Shown: positions 22,136 through 33,185 of the stretch, piece after piece
Position numbering within the stretch: the first letter of the stretch is position 1
Layout: each line of letters starts with the position of its first letter
Assembly: GCA_003208875.1 (NCBI GenBank)
Contig: QCUR01000007.1
Coordinates: forward strand, 28,354 to 92,353
Reading direction: 5' to 3'
DNA from: Prochlorococcus sp. AG-679-M23
Lineage (GTDB): Bacteria > Cyanobacteriota > Cyanobacteriia > PCC-6307 > Cyanobiaceae
DNA length: 64,000 nucleotides
Position numbers and translations under genes: made by a program
The notes under the pieces: generated by a model
Seen by the model: the letters and a program-made list of their open reading frames with translations, nothing else
Databases searched by the model: none
What the model was told of the DNA's origin: nothing

Positions 22136-23456
22136 CTTTAATTCCACCTTTTATTGAATAGTTCTTTAACATTTTTTCTACTTCTTTTTCTTCTCTTACA
22201 GCACTTTTAACTGGTTTGTACTTTAATGGTGCTAGAGCTTTTCCTCTTAAAATTGATCCAAGAGTAAGCATGGTAAGTTTGATTTGCTGGAGGGGTTTCA
22301 TTGCAACCACTCGTTTGTACAGGTAACTATCAAAAGTTAATCTTTGAACGTCCATATCATCACACATTTCTACAAAAGCTTCTCTAGCAGAATCATTTCT
22401 ATAAAAAATATTTTGAAGAATTTCTAGTACCTTGTAGGTTGTCCCATATTTTTTGTCCCATTTTTTTAAATAATTTTTTAAATCTTTTTCTGATGGAATT
22501 TCTTGCCCATTTTTTGAAGCTTCAACGATTTCTTCAGCACACATTCTCCCACTTTTCGCAGCAAAATAAATACCTTCACCAGAGCTCTTTGTGACATATC
22601 CAGCTGCATCACCTACCAAAGCCATTCTTCCTACAACTCTTCGAGGTCTTGGATGCTCAGGAATAGGATGTGCTTCAACTTTTATTACTTCACCATTCAC
22701 AAGCCTTTTTTTAGCTCTATTCCTTACACCTTCTTGAAGTCCTTTTATTAGGGATTGGTTTTTTTGCATTGTGCCTGTCCCTACTGCGACATGATCATAT
22801 TTTGGAAATACCCAACCATAAAAATCAGGAGAAACATCTGTTCCTACATACATCTCAGCGAGATCTTCGTAGTAACTCATTTCTTCTTTAGGCAATTTAA
22901 TTCTTTCTTGGAATGCAATTGCTACTTTGTAATCGCCAGCATCCATAGCTTTAGCAACTCTGCTGTTGGCGCCATCAGCTCCAATTAAGAGATCTACAGT
23001 TAACTCTTTAAGTTCTCCTTTCTTGTCTCCAGAAGAAAAATCTGAATATGAAAGTTTGTATGGACCTTTATTATCATTACCAGTATCAATTGAAGTAACT
23101 AGTCCATTAATTAATGTTGCCCCAAGTTCAGAAGCTCTGTTTCTCATAAATGCATCCATTACCTCTCTTCTGCACATTCCTATATATTCATTATCACTTT
23201 TGCCATAAACATTATCTAAGCTAATATCAACTTCTCTATTAGAGGGAGATATCATTTTCATATGTCTTACTTTTCTATCTATAATGCTTTCTGGTAAGTC
23301 AAATTCTTCAACCATACAAAGAGGAATGGCACCTCCACAAGGTTTTGCATTATCTAATTTTCTTTCAAAAAGCCAAGTCTTTATACCAGATTTAGCAAGT
23401 ATTTCAGCAGCACATGAACCACTTGGCCCTCCACCGATAACAGCAACTCTCAACAT
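22125..23456 (-). CDS. chlP: geranylgeranyl reductase
   Basis: VIGGGPSG, AKPCGGAIPLCM, GDAAGYVTKSSGEGIYFA. Confidence 0.97.
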   Translation of the reverse strand: MLRVAVIGGGPSGSCAAEILAKSGIKTWLFERKLDNAKPCGGAIPLCMVEEFDLPESIIDRKVRHMKMISPSNREVDISLDNVYGKSDNEYIGMCRREVMDAFMRNRASELGATLINGLVTSIDTGNDNKGPYKLSYSDFSSGDKKGELKELTVDLLIGADGANSRVAKAMDAGDYKVAIAFQERIKLPKEEMSYYEDLAEMYVGTDVSPDFYGWVFPKYDHVAVGTGTMQKNQSLIKGLQEGVRNRAKKRLVNGEVIKVEAHPIPEHPRPRRVVGRMALVGDAAGYVTKSSGEGIYFAAKSGRMCAEEIVEASKNGQEIPSEKDLKNYLKKWDKKYGTTYKVLEILQNIFYRNDSAREAFVEMCDDMDVQRLTFDSYLYKRVVAMKPLQQIKLTMLTLGSILRGKALAPLKYKPVKSAVREEKEVEKMLKNYSIKGGIKVKS

Positions 23457-23566
23457 ATTAAAAAAAAATTGTATCCTATTAAAAAACTACATCAATTTTC
23501 TTATAAAAGTGCATTTCGTAAATTAATAGTTAATATCGAAATATCTTTGGAATTAATAATTTTATA

Positions 23567-24298
23567 TTGAAAAAAAAGAATCCTATAAATGAAGATATTG
23601 AGATACAAGTTGCTGAAAGAATAACCTTAAATGAAAATAATTTTAAATTTAAGAAATATTATTTATTTATAGCTTTTTTTCTAATATTTTTATTACCTTT
23701 TATTGGCATGGAAATTATTAGTAATTTTAAATTAAATCTCTCTGGAGTTAATAATGCTAAAAAATTTGTAAATAATGATCTTAGTATTTTGGGCCATTTA
23801 CCCTACAAGGAAATTTCAAAAGAAAAATTGGTTTCTATTGAACCTAATATTCAAGTTCATATCGACATGAGTGAATCTCTTCTTAAAATGAGGGATGATG
23901 CCAGAAAAGATGGAATATATTTAGTATTCCTTAGTGGATATAGATCAACAAATTTGCAAAAAGAAATTTTTTATTCATTAAAATCTATGAGAAATCAGAT
24001 TGCTGCTGAGAGGGCTAAGGTCTCAGCACCCCCTGGATATTCTGAACACAGTACTGGCTTTGCTATCGATATTGGAGATGCTGATAAAAGAGAAACAGAC
24101 TTTGAAGTTCAATTTGAGAACACGGATGCTTTTAAATGGCTTAAAAAAAATGCAGCTAAGTATCACTTCAAATTATCTTTCACACAAAATAATAAAAATG
24201 TTGATTATGAGCCTTGGCACTGGAGATATGAGGGATCGATTGAAGCACTTAAAGTTTTTGAAGCATCAAATAGGAATTTGAAAAAGCTACAAAATTGA
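23567..24298 (+). CDS. D,D-carboxypeptidase (M15B, VanY-like), membrane anchored
   Basis: SGYRS, SAPPGYSEHSTGFAID, YEPWHWRY. Confidence 0.9.
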   Translation: MKKKNPINEDIEIQVAERITLNENNFKFKKYYLFIAFFLIFLLPFIGMEIISNFKLNLSGVNNAKKFVNNDLSILGHLPYKEISKEKLVSIEPNIQVHIDMSESLLKMRDDARKDGIYLVFLSGYRSTNLQKEIFYSLKSMRNQIAAERAKVSAPPGYSEHSTGFAIDIGDADKRETDFEVQFENTDAFKWLKKNAAKYHFKLSFTQNNKNVDYEPWHWRYEGSIEALKVFEASNRNLKKLQN

Positions 24299-24412
24299 AA
24301 CACTAATAACAATTTTTTTATATGATTTTCAAAGTCTTATGGGCAAATCTTTCAGAATAAGCATTCTTTGAGTTAGCCTTAATATATTAATTATTGGTTT
24401 GCAATTTTTTAG

Positions 24413-26215
24413 ATGTCAGCTTCAATTAAAGAAATAAGAAATGTAGCAATCATAGCCCATGTAGATCATGGAAAAACAACCCTAGTCGATGCATTATTAT
24501 CTCAATCTGGAATATTTAGAGATAACGAAGTAGTTCCAACTTGTGTAATGGATTCAAATGATCTCGAGAAAGAAAGAGGTATAACAATACTTTCAAAAAA
24601 TACGGCTGTCAATTATAAAAACACAAGAATCAATATTATTGATACACCTGGACATGCTGACTTTGGAGGAGAGGTTGAGAGGGTTTTGGGCATGGTTGAT
24701 GGTTGTTTATTAATCGTTGATGCTAATGAGGGTCCAATGCCACAAACAAGGTTTGTATTAAAAAAAGCTTTAGAAAAAGGTCTTAGGCCTATTGTTTTTG
24801 TAAATAAAATTGATAGGCCTAGGGTAGTCCCAGAAATTGCGGTGGATAAAGTTCTTGATTTATTCCTTGAATTAGGAGCAGATGATGATCAATGTGATTT
24901 TCCTTATTTATTCGGTAGTGGATTATCTGGTTTCGCAAAAGAAGAAATGGAATCTAATAATGATAATATGATGCCCCTTTTTGAAGCTATTCTTAGGCAT
25001 GTCCCACCACCTGTAGGGGATCTTAATAAGCCTTTGCAGCTTCAAATTACAACTTTGGATTATTCTGATTTCTTAGGTAGGATTGTGATTGGAAAGATTC
25101 ATAATGGAACTATAAAAAATGGCCAACAAGCAAGCCTAATAAAAGAAAGTGGGAAAACTATCAAGGGTAAAGTAAGTAAACTTTTAGGATTCGAAGGATT
25201 ACAAAGAATTGATATTAATGAGGCCTTTGCAGGAGACATTGTTGCAGTTTCAGGTTTTGATGATGTAAATATTGGAGAAACGATTGCTTGTCCTGATTCT
25301 CCTCATCCACTTCCATTAATTAAAGTTGACGAACCTACACTTAACATGACCTTTGTTGTGAATGATTCTCCATTTGCGGGTAAAGAAGGGAAATTCGTTA
25401 CGAGCAGACAATTAAAAAATAGATTAGAGAGGGAATTATTAACTAACGTAGCCCTAAGAGTTGAAGAAACCGATTCTCCAGATAGGTTTTCTGTCTCTGG
25501 GAGAGGTGAGCTTCATTTAGGGATTTTAATTGAAACAATGAGACGAGAAGGTTTTGAGTTCCAAATCTCGCAACCGCAAGTTATTTTTAGAGAAATTGAT
25601 GATGTTCAATGCGAACCCATAGAAACATTAGTCTTAGATGTTCCAGAAGTAGCGGTTGGCTCTTGTATTGAAAAACTGGGATCAAGAAAAGCTGAGATGA
25701 AAAACATGCAGACAAGTTCAGATGGAAGAACCCAGTTAGAATTTCTTGTACCATCAAGAGGACTTATAGGCTTTCGTGGTGAATTTGTTCGAATAACTAG
25801 AGGTGAAGGAATTATGAGTCACTCTTTTTATGAATATAAACCTAAAGCTGGAGATTTTGAAACGAGAAGAAATGGTGTACTTATTTCTTTTGAAGAGGGT
25901 GTCGCTACTTTCTATGCTTTAAAAAATGCGGAGGATAGAGGTGTTTATTTTATCAAACCAGGAGTGAAAGTTTATAAAGGTATGATTATTGGCGAGAATA
26001 ATAGGTCACAAGATTTAGAGTTAAATATCTGTAAAACAAAGCAATTGACTAATATGAGATCTGCTGGAGCAGAAGAGTTAGATACTTTACAATCTCCTGT
26101 TGATATTACACTCGAGCGAGCTCTTGAATATATAGGTCCTGATGAAATGTTGGAGGTGACGCCGGATTCTATAAGAATGAGGAAATTAAATAAGAAGAAG
26201 ACAATGAAAAAATAA
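24413..26215 (+). CDS. typA: translational GTPase TypA/BipA
   Basis: [31 protein letters not shown]. Confidence 0.98.
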   Translation: MSASIKEIRNVAIIAHVDHGKTTLVDALLSQSGIFRDNEVVPTCVMDSNDLEKERGITILSKNTAVNYKNTRINIIDTPGHADFGGEVERVLGMVDGCLLIVDANEGPMPQTRFVLKKALEKGLRPIVFVNKIDRPRVVPEIAVDKVLDLFLELGADDDQCDFPYLFGSGLSGFAKEEMESNNDNMMPLFEAILRHVPPPVGDLNKPLQLQITTLDYSDFLGRIVIGKIHNGTIKNGQQASLIKESGKTIKGKVSKLLGFEGLQRIDINEAFAGDIVAVSGFDDVNIGETIACPDSPHPLPLIKVDEPTLNMTFVVNDSPFAGKEGKFVTSRQLKNRLERELLTNVALRVEETDSPDRFSVSGRGELHLGILIETMRREGFEFQISQPQVIFREIDDVQCEPIETLVLDVPEVAVGSCIEKLGSRKAEMKNMQTSSDGRTQLEFLVPSRGLIGFRGEFVRITRGEGIMSHSFYEYKPKAGDFETRRNGVLISFEEGVATFYALKNAEDRGVYFIKPGVKVYKGMIIGENNRSQDLELNICKTKQLTNMRSAGAEELDTLQSPVDITLERALEYIGPDEMLEVTPDSIRMRKLNKKKTMKK

Positions 26216-26221
26216 AATATT

Positions 26222-26605
26222 ATGAGAGAAGAAGATATTAAAAGTTTTGAGGATGCTTTTTTTGATGCTCTAAATCTCTTTAATAATCAAAAATGGTATG
26301 AAGCTCATGATGCCTTTGAGGACATATGGAATACTCTTGAAGGAGATGAAAGACAAATAATACAAGGAATACTTCAAGTATCTGTCTCTCAATTTCATTT
26401 AAGTAAAGGGAATCTAAATGGAGCGACTATATTATTGGGAGAAGGCTTAGGTAGGATAAAAAACAGAACTAATATTGATTTAGGAATAGATCTCGTATCT
26501 TTTTGCAAATGTCTTGATGAATTATTAAGAAAACTTCAATATAAAGAGGAATTAACTAAAAATGATAAACCTTACCTTCTGATAAAAGAGCAAAATGAAT
26601 TTTGA
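26222..26605 (+). CDS. DUF309 family protein
   Basis: FN..WYEAHDAFEDIW, QGILQ.SV..FHL..GN..GA. Confidence 0.88.
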   Translation: MREEDIKSFEDAFFDALNLFNNQKWYEAHDAFEDIWNTLEGDERQIIQGILQVSVSQFHLSKGNLNGATILLGEGLGRIKNRTNIDLGIDLVSFCKCLDELLRKLQYKEELTKNDKPYLLIKEQNEF

Positions 26606-27323
26606 AATAAAAAACGTATTTCTGACTATTGAAGGAAAAACCATAGTGAATGATGTGTCAATAAAGGTTTGCCCAGGAGAAATTGTAGGTTTAATGGGAC
26701 CAAATGGTGCTGGTAAAACATCTACTTTTAATCTTGCGGTGGGCAATTTAAAACCTGATAAGGGAGATATATTAATGAATAGCAAATCTATAATAAATTT
26801 ACCTTTGCCTAGTAGAGCAAAACTTGGTTTAGGATATTTAACTCAAGAAGCAAGTATCTTTAGAGATCTAACAGTTAAAGAAAATATTGACTTAGCATTA
26901 CACAATTCCTTTTCTAGTAGCGCAATAGTAAGAAATAAGAGAGAAAAAATAATTAATGAATTTAATCTGAATAAAGTTGTTGATAATTATGGTTATCAAC
27001 TATCAGGAGGGGAGAGAAGAAGGTGTGAAATAGCAAGAGCTCTATCAGTTGGTAGAAAAGGACCTAAATATTTACTTTTGGATGAACCTTTTGCAGGGAT
27101 CGACCCCTTGGCTGTTAATGATTTAAAGAAACTTATTATTAAACTTAGTGAGAACGGAATGGGAATTCTCATAACAGACCATAATGTAAGAGAGACTCTA
27201 TTAATTACAACTAAATCATATGTTTTAAGTGAAGGAAAGATACTTGCGCATGGATCATCTGATGAACTTGCAAATAATCAAATAGTGAAAAAGTTTTATT
27301 TGGGGGATGATTTTCAGCTTTAA
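26595..27323 (+). CDS. lptB: LptB-like ABC ATP-binding protein
   Basis: GPNGAGKTSTF, GYLTQEASIFR.LTV.EN, LSGGERRRCEIARAL, LLDEPFAGIDP, ITDHNVRETL. Confidence 0.9.
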   Translation: MNFEIKNVFLTIEGKTIVNDVSIKVCPGEIVGLMGPNGAGKTSTFNLAVGNLKPDKGDILMNSKSIINLPLPSRAKLGLGYLTQEASIFRDLTVKENIDLALHNSFSSSAIVRNKREKIINEFNLNKVVDNYGYQLSGGERRRCEIARALSVGRKGPKYLLLDEPFAGIDPLAVNDLKKLIIKLSENGMGILITDHNVRETLLITTKSYVLSEGKILAHGSSDELANNQIVKKFYLGDDFQL

Positions 27324-27434
27324 TAATTTAATTTAGAAATATATTTAAATTAAAATAATTGATAAAATCATGAATTTTCTATTTTATTTATTATTTTATA
27401 ATTAAGTAAACTTATACAGTTTTATATTTTACTG

Positions 27435-28379
27435 ATGTTATTTGATGGTTTTATCAAAAATTTAATTTACGATCCAGTATCTTCAATAGGCATATTAATT
27501 TTTTATTTTTTATTAATTAATTTGCCTATTTCTCTAATAGCGTTATTTAATAAAAAATCTTCTTCATATGTAAGATTAATTACTATCTTAATTAATCTTT
27601 TCATAGCTTTACAGCTTATTTCAAGATGGATTGTATCTGGACATTTTCCAATAAGTAATTTATATGAATCTCTTTATTTCTTGGTTTGGGGTATATCTTT
27701 AGGTCAATTATTAGTTGAGAAAGAATACCCGACTCCGATAATCCCAGCAATAACAATACCTATTGAACTTTTGACTATAGCTTTTGCGTGTTTTGTTTTG
27801 CCTGAAGATTTAAAGCTATCTTCTAATCTTGTCCCAGCATTAAGATCAAGTTGGTTAGTTATGCATGTAAGCGTAGTCATGCTAAGTTATGCAGCCCTTA
27901 TCATTGGCTCTTTATTATCAGCTTCTGTACTCTTTATCAATAATAGTCAACCTCTTCAACTTAGAAGTAGTTCTATAGGTGTAGGCGGTTTCAAAATATC
28001 TAATTCTTACTCGACCAATAATGTCATAGAGCCCATAAATTTTTCTCATTCTGAGGAATTAGATTCTCTTAGTTATCGATCTATATTAGTAGGATTTGTT
28101 CTTCTCACTCTCGGCTTAATTACTGGTGCTGTCTGGGCTAATGAAGCTTGGGGAACTTGGTGGAGTTGGGATCCTAAGGAGACTTGGGCTTTCATTTCTT
28201 GGTTATTTTATGCTGCCTATTTGCATATGAGAATAAGTAGGGGTTGGCAAGGTAGAAGACCCGCATTACTTGCTACTTCTGGCTTTTTTGTCGTACTAAT
28301 ATGTTATATCGGAGTAAATTTCTTAGGTGTAGGTTTGCACAGTTATGGTTGGATATTTGGAATATTTAATTTGTTTTAA
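27435..28379 (+). CDS. ccsA: cytochrome c biogenesis protein CcsA (system II)
   Basis: [41 protein letters not shown]. Confidence 0.95.
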   Translation: MLFDGFIKNLIYDPVSSIGILIFYFLLINLPISLIALFNKKSSSYVRLITILINLFIALQLISRWIVSGHFPISNLYESLYFLVWGISLGQLLVEKEYPTPIIPAITIPIELLTIAFACFVLPEDLKLSSNLVPALRSSWLVMHVSVVMLSYAALIIGSLLSASVLFINNSQPLQLRSSSIGVGGFKISNSYSTNNVIEPINFSHSEELDSLSYRSILVGFVLLTLGLITGAVWANEAWGTWWSWDPKETWAFISWLFYAAYLHMRISRGWQGRRPALLATSGFFVVLICYIGVNFLGVGLHSYGWIFGIFNLF

Positions 28380-28389
28380 ATTCCAGTTA

Positions 28390-29145
28390 TTAAGGCTCTG
28401 AAATTATCTTTCCATTTTGCGCATCTAGGGCAACTGACCTTAATTCATCACAACCCTCTTTTAATGTTGGATAAGCAAACATCCCACTTCCTGCAATAAA
28501 ACAATTAGCACCAGCTTCTGCACATTGCGAAATGGTCCAATTTGCTTTTATTCCGCCATCAACTTCAATATCTACATTTAAATTCTTTTCAATTACGAAG
28601 TGTCTAATTTTTCTTATTTTATTTAACATTGTTGGTATGTAAGCTTGTCCACCAAATCCTGGATTAACGGTCATTACTAAGACATGATCAACCATATCCA
28701 TAATGTTTTCAATCATTTCAAATGGCGTATGAGGATTTAATGCGACCGATGGTGATCCTCCAAGATCTCTTATCTTTCCAAGAACTCTATGAAGGTGAAC
28801 ATTAGCTTCAGCATGGGCTATAACAACTCCAGGCTCTCCATTAGGACCTTTGGAAGCTTTTACATATGCCTCAAGCATCGTCTCACAATTATATTGGCTT
28901 ACCATTAATTGAGTCTCAAAAGGAACTTCGCAATATTTTCTACATGCAGCAATCATTTCAGGACCAAATGTAAGATTTGGTACAAAATTCCCATCCATGA
29001 CATCAAATTGAATACGGTCTACACCTGCTTCTTCAAGATCTTTAACACATGCCCCCATATTTGCCCAGTCTGCTGGTAGTACGGAAGGAATTATTTGAAT
29101 TGGTCGATTAACACCTACTGAATTTTTAGAGTTAGTTTCGGGCAT
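28390..29145 (-). CDS. rpe: ribulose-phosphate 3-epimerase (atypical metal site)
   Basis: PSVLPAD, DVMDGNFVPNLTFG, VMTVNPGFGGQ, EVDGGI; His ligands replaced by Gln. Confidence 0.92.
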   Translation of the reverse strand: MPETNSKNSVGVNRPIQIIPSVLPADWANMGACVKDLEEAGVDRIQFDVMDGNFVPNLTFGPEMIAACRKYCEVPFETQLMVSQYNCETMLEAYVKASKGPNGEPGVVIAHAEANVHLHRVLGKIRDLGGSPSVALNPHTPFEMIENIMDMVDHVLVMTVNPGFGGQAYIPTMLNKIRKIRHFVIEKNLNVDIEVDGGIKANWTISQCAEAGANCFIAGSGMFAYPTLKEGCDELRSVALDAQNGKIISEP

Positions 29146-29261
29146 TTTATTTTTAAAATATTTAATAAAGATACTATATTTGGTTGCTTATTCCTAATTT
29201 CAAGTCACGGCCTGATAAAGTAACACCTGCAAAGAGTTAAAAAAAGCTAATTAGCATATTA

Positions 29262-29293
29262 ATTCTCATAAAAAAGGCATTTTTTATGAGAAT
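29262..29293. repeat. perfect 14-bp inverted repeat with 4-nt loop in the rpe/glpX divergent region
   Basis: ATTCTCATAAAAAA-GGCA-TTTTTTATGAGAAT. Confidence 0.85.
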
Positions 29294-29332
29294 ATGTTTT
29301 AAGCCTCTTAGAAAATCTTTTAAAATTTAACT

Positions 29333-30334
29333 GTGAATCAAACTTTAATTCAAGAAATTCTCGAAGTAGTCGAGCAAGCCGCAATCGCATCAGCGAAACT
29401 TACAGGTTTAGGTCAGAAAGACGAAGCTGATGCAGCTGCTGTTGAAGCAATGAGGTTGCGTATGGGCAAAATTGAGATGAAAGGAAAAATTGTAATTGGT
29501 GAAGGTGAACGTGACGAAGCACCAATGTTATATATAGGGGAAGAGGTAGGTAGTGGGAACGGTCCAGGGGTTGACTTTGCTGTAGATCCTTGTGAAGGAA
29601 CTAATCTATGTGCTAACAACCAACGAGGATCCATGGCAGTATTAGCTGCTTCCGATACTGGGGGGCTTTTCAATGCACCTGATTTTTATATGAATAAATT
29701 GGCAGCACCTCCAGCGGCAAAAGGAAAGGTAGATATTAGGAAGTCAGCTACTGAGAATTTAAAAATTTTAAGTAATTGCTTAGATCTAGCGATTGATGAA
29801 CTTACTGTAGTAGTTATGGATAGAGCAAGACATAAAGGTTTGATTAAGGAGATTCGAGAATGTGGAGCAAAAATTCAACCAATTTCTGATGGAGACGTTC
29901 AAGCTGCAATTGCTTGCGGATTTGCGGGTACAGGAACTCATTGCTTAATGGGTATTGGAGCAGCTCCAGAAGGTGTTATATCTGCTGCTGCTATGAGAGC
30001 TCTTGGGGGACATTTTCAAGGACAGTTAGTTTATGACCCTGCAATTGCGCAAACTTCTGAATGGGCTGACTATACAAAAGAAGGAAATATAAAACGTTTA
30101 AATGAAATGGGAATTACTGATATTGACAAAATCTATGAAGCTAATGAACTTGCATCAGGAGAAAATGTGATCTTTGCGGGAAGTGGAATTACTGATGGAT
30201 TATTATTTGACGGAGTCAAATTTGAAAAAGACTGTACTAGAACCAGTAGCCTTGTAATAAGTACATTGGATAGCACTTGTCGATTTACAAATACAATACA
30301 CATGAAAGATGGTGCTAAAAGCATTAGCCTTTAA
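29333..30334 (+). CDS. glpX: fructose-1,6-/sedoheptulose-1,7-bisphosphatase class II
   Basis: [35 protein letters not shown]. Confidence 0.97.
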   Translation: MNQTLIQEILEVVEQAAIASAKLTGLGQKDEADAAAVEAMRLRMGKIEMKGKIVIGEGERDEAPMLYIGEEVGSGNGPGVDFAVDPCEGTNLCANNQRGSMAVLAASDTGGLFNAPDFYMNKLAAPPAAKGKVDIRKSATENLKILSNCLDLAIDELTVVVMDRARHKGLIKEIRECGAKIQPISDGDVQAAIACGFAGTGTHCLMGIGAAPEGVISAAAMRALGGHFQGQLVYDPAIAQTSEWADYTKEGNIKRLNEMGITDIDKIYEANELASGENVIFAGSGITDGLLFDGVKFEKDCTRTSSLVISTLDSTCRFTNTIHMKDGAKSISL

Positions 30335-30351
30335 CATTTCAATATAATTTT

Positions 30352-31653
30352 ATGCATATTGTTGTCGTCGGACTAAGTCATCGCACGGCACCTGTCGAAG
30401 TGCGTGAGAAGTTAAGTATTCCTGAACAATCGATTTCAGAATCATTAAAAACTCTGAGTATCAATTCTGATATTTTAGAAGTTTCTATTTTAAGTACCTG
30501 TAATAGGTTAGAAATATACGCTCTTGTTAAAGAGATAAATATTGGTATTTCAACTATTAAAGAATTTTTAACAGATTACTCGAGCGTAAATTTTGAAGAC
30601 CTAAATCCTCATCTTTTTGATTTTAGACAAGAGGAAGCTGTTTTACATTTAATGAAAGTCTCAGCTGGATTAGATAGCCTCGTTTTGGGCGAAGGGCAAA
30701 TACTCTCGCAAGTTAAAAAAATGATGAGATTAGGTCAGGAGAATCAATCTACTGGGCCAATTCTTAATAGGTTATTAAGTCAATCAGTTAGTGCCGGGAA
30801 GAAAGTTAGATCTGAAACAAATTTAGGAACTGGCGCTGTATCAATTAGCTCAGCCGCTGTTGAACTCGCTCAATTAAAAATTGGACAGGATCATGGTGTT
30901 GATGGGCTCGTTAGTTTGAAATCTGAAAAAGTTCTAGTCGTTGGCGCTGGAAGGATGAGTAGACTTTTAATAACTCATTTGAAATCCAAAGGATGTAATA
31001 AGCTCACTCTTTTAAATAGAAATATTGATAGAGCCGTTAATCTTGCAGGAGATTTCCCAGATCTTGAAATAAATTGCAAGAGTTTAAATGAATTGGATCA
31101 AAATATATCTTTATCATCTCTTGTCTTTACTAGTACTGCCTCTGAAAAACCTTTTATTGATTTAGCAAGAGTTGAAAATATTAGTTTAAATAACAAACTT
31201 AAATTTATTGATATAGGTGTTCCAAGAAATATATCAAATGATGTTAAACATCATGCTTCTATAGAGTCTTTTGATGTAGATGACTTGGAAGAAGTTGTTT
31301 CTAGAAATCAAGAATTTAGACAAAAAATAGCAAAAGAGGCTGAATCTTTAGTTAAAGATGAAAGAATCATTTTTTTGGAGTGGTGGGCTAGTTTGGAAGC
31401 AGTTCCAGTCATAAATAAATTAAGATCTGATTTGGAGTTAATAAGAAAAGAAGAGTTACAAAAGGCACTAAGTAGAATGGGACCTGATTTTTCTGCTCGA
31501 GAAAGGAAAGTTGTAGAGGCTTTAACTAAAGGGATTATTAATAAGATTCTTCACACACCAGTCACTAAATTGAGAAGTCCTCAGTCAAGAGATGAAAGAC
31601 AAGCATCATTAAAAATCGTTGAAAAATTGTTTTCTTTGGTAGATGATGAATAA
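30352..31653 (+). CDS. hemA: glutamyl-tRNA reductase
   Basis: GLSHRTAPVEVRE, LSTCNRLE, GLDSLVLGEGQIL, GAGRM, DIGVPRN. Confidence 0.97.
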   Translation: MHIVVVGLSHRTAPVEVREKLSIPEQSISESLKTLSINSDILEVSILSTCNRLEIYALVKEINIGISTIKEFLTDYSSVNFEDLNPHLFDFRQEEAVLHLMKVSAGLDSLVLGEGQILSQVKKMMRLGQENQSTGPILNRLLSQSVSAGKKVRSETNLGTGAVSISSAAVELAQLKIGQDHGVDGLVSLKSEKVLVVGAGRMSRLLITHLKSKGCNKLTLLNRNIDRAVNLAGDFPDLEINCKSLNELDQNISLSSLVFTSTASEKPFIDLARVENISLNNKLKFIDIGVPRNISNDVKHHASIESFDVDDLEEVVSRNQEFRQKIAKEAESLVKDERIIFLEWWASLEAVPVINKLRSDLELIRKEELQKALSRMGPDFSARERKVVEALTKGIINKILHTPVTKLRSPQSRDERQASLKIVEKLFSLVDDE

Positions 31654-31791
31654 AATTTATAGAAATAACTGACTTTATATTAAGTTTTTCATTAGATTTT
31701 TCTTAATACCTTTGTAAAGTGGCCATTTCCATTTTTAAATTTGCACATAATCAGTTAATTTTAATAGTTGAGTATACCTCCATGAAATTGA

Positions 31792-33087
31792 ATGAAGCGT
31801 GTGTTGGCAATCATCCTCGGAGGAGGAAAAGGTTCTAGGCTTTATCCCTTAACAAAAATGAGGGCTAAACCTGCAGTTCCTTTAGCAGGTAAATATCGTT
31901 TGATTGATATCCCAATTAGTAACTGTATTAATTCTGGGATTAATAAAATGTACGTTTTAACTCAGTTTAATAGTGCTTCTCTTAATAGACATATTGGGAG
32001 AACCTACAATTTAAGTGCCCCTTTTGGGCAAGGATTTGTGGAGGTACTAGCTGCTCAGCAAACTCCTGATAGTCCAAAGTGGTTTGAAGGTACTGCTGAT
32101 GCAGTAAGAAAATATCAATGGTTGTTTCAAGAGTGGGATGTGGACGAATATTTAATATTATCTGGTGATCAGCTCTATAGAATGGACTATAGTTTATTTG
32201 TTCAACACCATAGAGATAATAAAGCTGATTTAACAGTAGCTGCCTTACCTGTTGATGAATCTCAGGCTGAAGGTTTTGGGCTTATGAGAACAGATGATTT
32301 GGGTAATATTAAAGAATTTAGTGAAAAGCCAACTGGTGAGAAATTAAAATCAATGGCGGTTGATACCTCTAAGTTCGGATTAACAAAGGAATCGGCATCA
32401 GAGAAACCGTATCTTGCCTCTATGGGTATTTATGTTTTTAGTAGAAAGACACTTTTTGATCTCTTAAATAAGTTCCCTAGTTATACAGATTTTGGTAAAG
32501 ATATAATCCCTGAGGCATTAAGTAGAGGGGATACATTAAAGAGTTATGTTTTTGATGATTATTGGGAAGATATAGGAACTATAGGAGCATTTTTTGAATC
32601 AAACTTAGCATTAACACAACAACCAAAACCTCCGTTTAGTTTTTATGATGAAAAATTTCCTATATATACTAGGCCTAGATATCTTCCTCCATCAAAACTT
32701 GTAGATGCTCAAATTACTGATTCAATAGTTTGTGAAGGAACTATTTTGAAATCTTGTAGCATCTTGCATTGTGTCTTAGGGGTGAGAAGTAGAATTGAAA
32801 GTGATTCTGTTATTGAAGATACTCTTGTAATGGGATCTGATTTTTTTGAATCGCTAGAAGAGAGGATTGAATTAAGAAAAGGTGGTGGTACTCCTCTTGG
32901 AGTAGGAGAAGGTTCAACTATAAAAAGGGCAATTCTTGATAAGAATGCAAGAATTGGAGATAATGTGGTGATAGTAAATAAAGATAGAGTAGAAGAAGCA
33001 GATAAACCAGATCTAGGATTTTATATAAGAAATGGAATTGTTGTTGTAGTTAAAAATGCAACTATTGCTAACGGAACAATTATTTAA
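31792..33087 (+). CDS. glgC: glucose-1-phosphate adenylyltransferase
   Basis: [37 protein letters not shown]. Confidence 0.98.
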   Translation: MKRVLAIILGGGKGSRLYPLTKMRAKPAVPLAGKYRLIDIPISNCINSGINKMYVLTQFNSASLNRHIGRTYNLSAPFGQGFVEVLAAQQTPDSPKWFEGTADAVRKYQWLFQEWDVDEYLILSGDQLYRMDYSLFVQHHRDNKADLTVAALPVDESQAEGFGLMRTDDLGNIKEFSEKPTGEKLKSMAVDTSKFGLTKESASEKPYLASMGIYVFSRKTLFDLLNKFPSYTDFGKDIIPEALSRGDTLKSYVFDDYWEDIGTIGAFFESNLALTQQPKPPFSFYDEKFPIYTRPRYLPPSKLVDAQITDSIVCEGTILKSCSILHCVLGVRSRIESDSVIEDTLVMGSDFFESLEERIELRKGGGTPLGVGEGSTIKRAILDKNARIGDNVVIVNKDRVEEADKPDLGFYIRNGIVVVVKNATIANGTII

Positions 33088-33185
33088 TTTAGTTTTTCGA
33101 TCATTTTTCGCTGACATAAGTAATGTTTTTTAAGCAATTTCTCTAAGTTGCATGCAATATATATTTATTGCGTTTTTTAATTTTT

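Noticed and set aside
33148..33178. Palindrome TTGCATGCAA and an AU-rich hairpin plus T-run between glgC and gnd
   Set aside because: Weak stem overlapping the likely gnd promoter; cannot be supported as a terminator from sequence alone.
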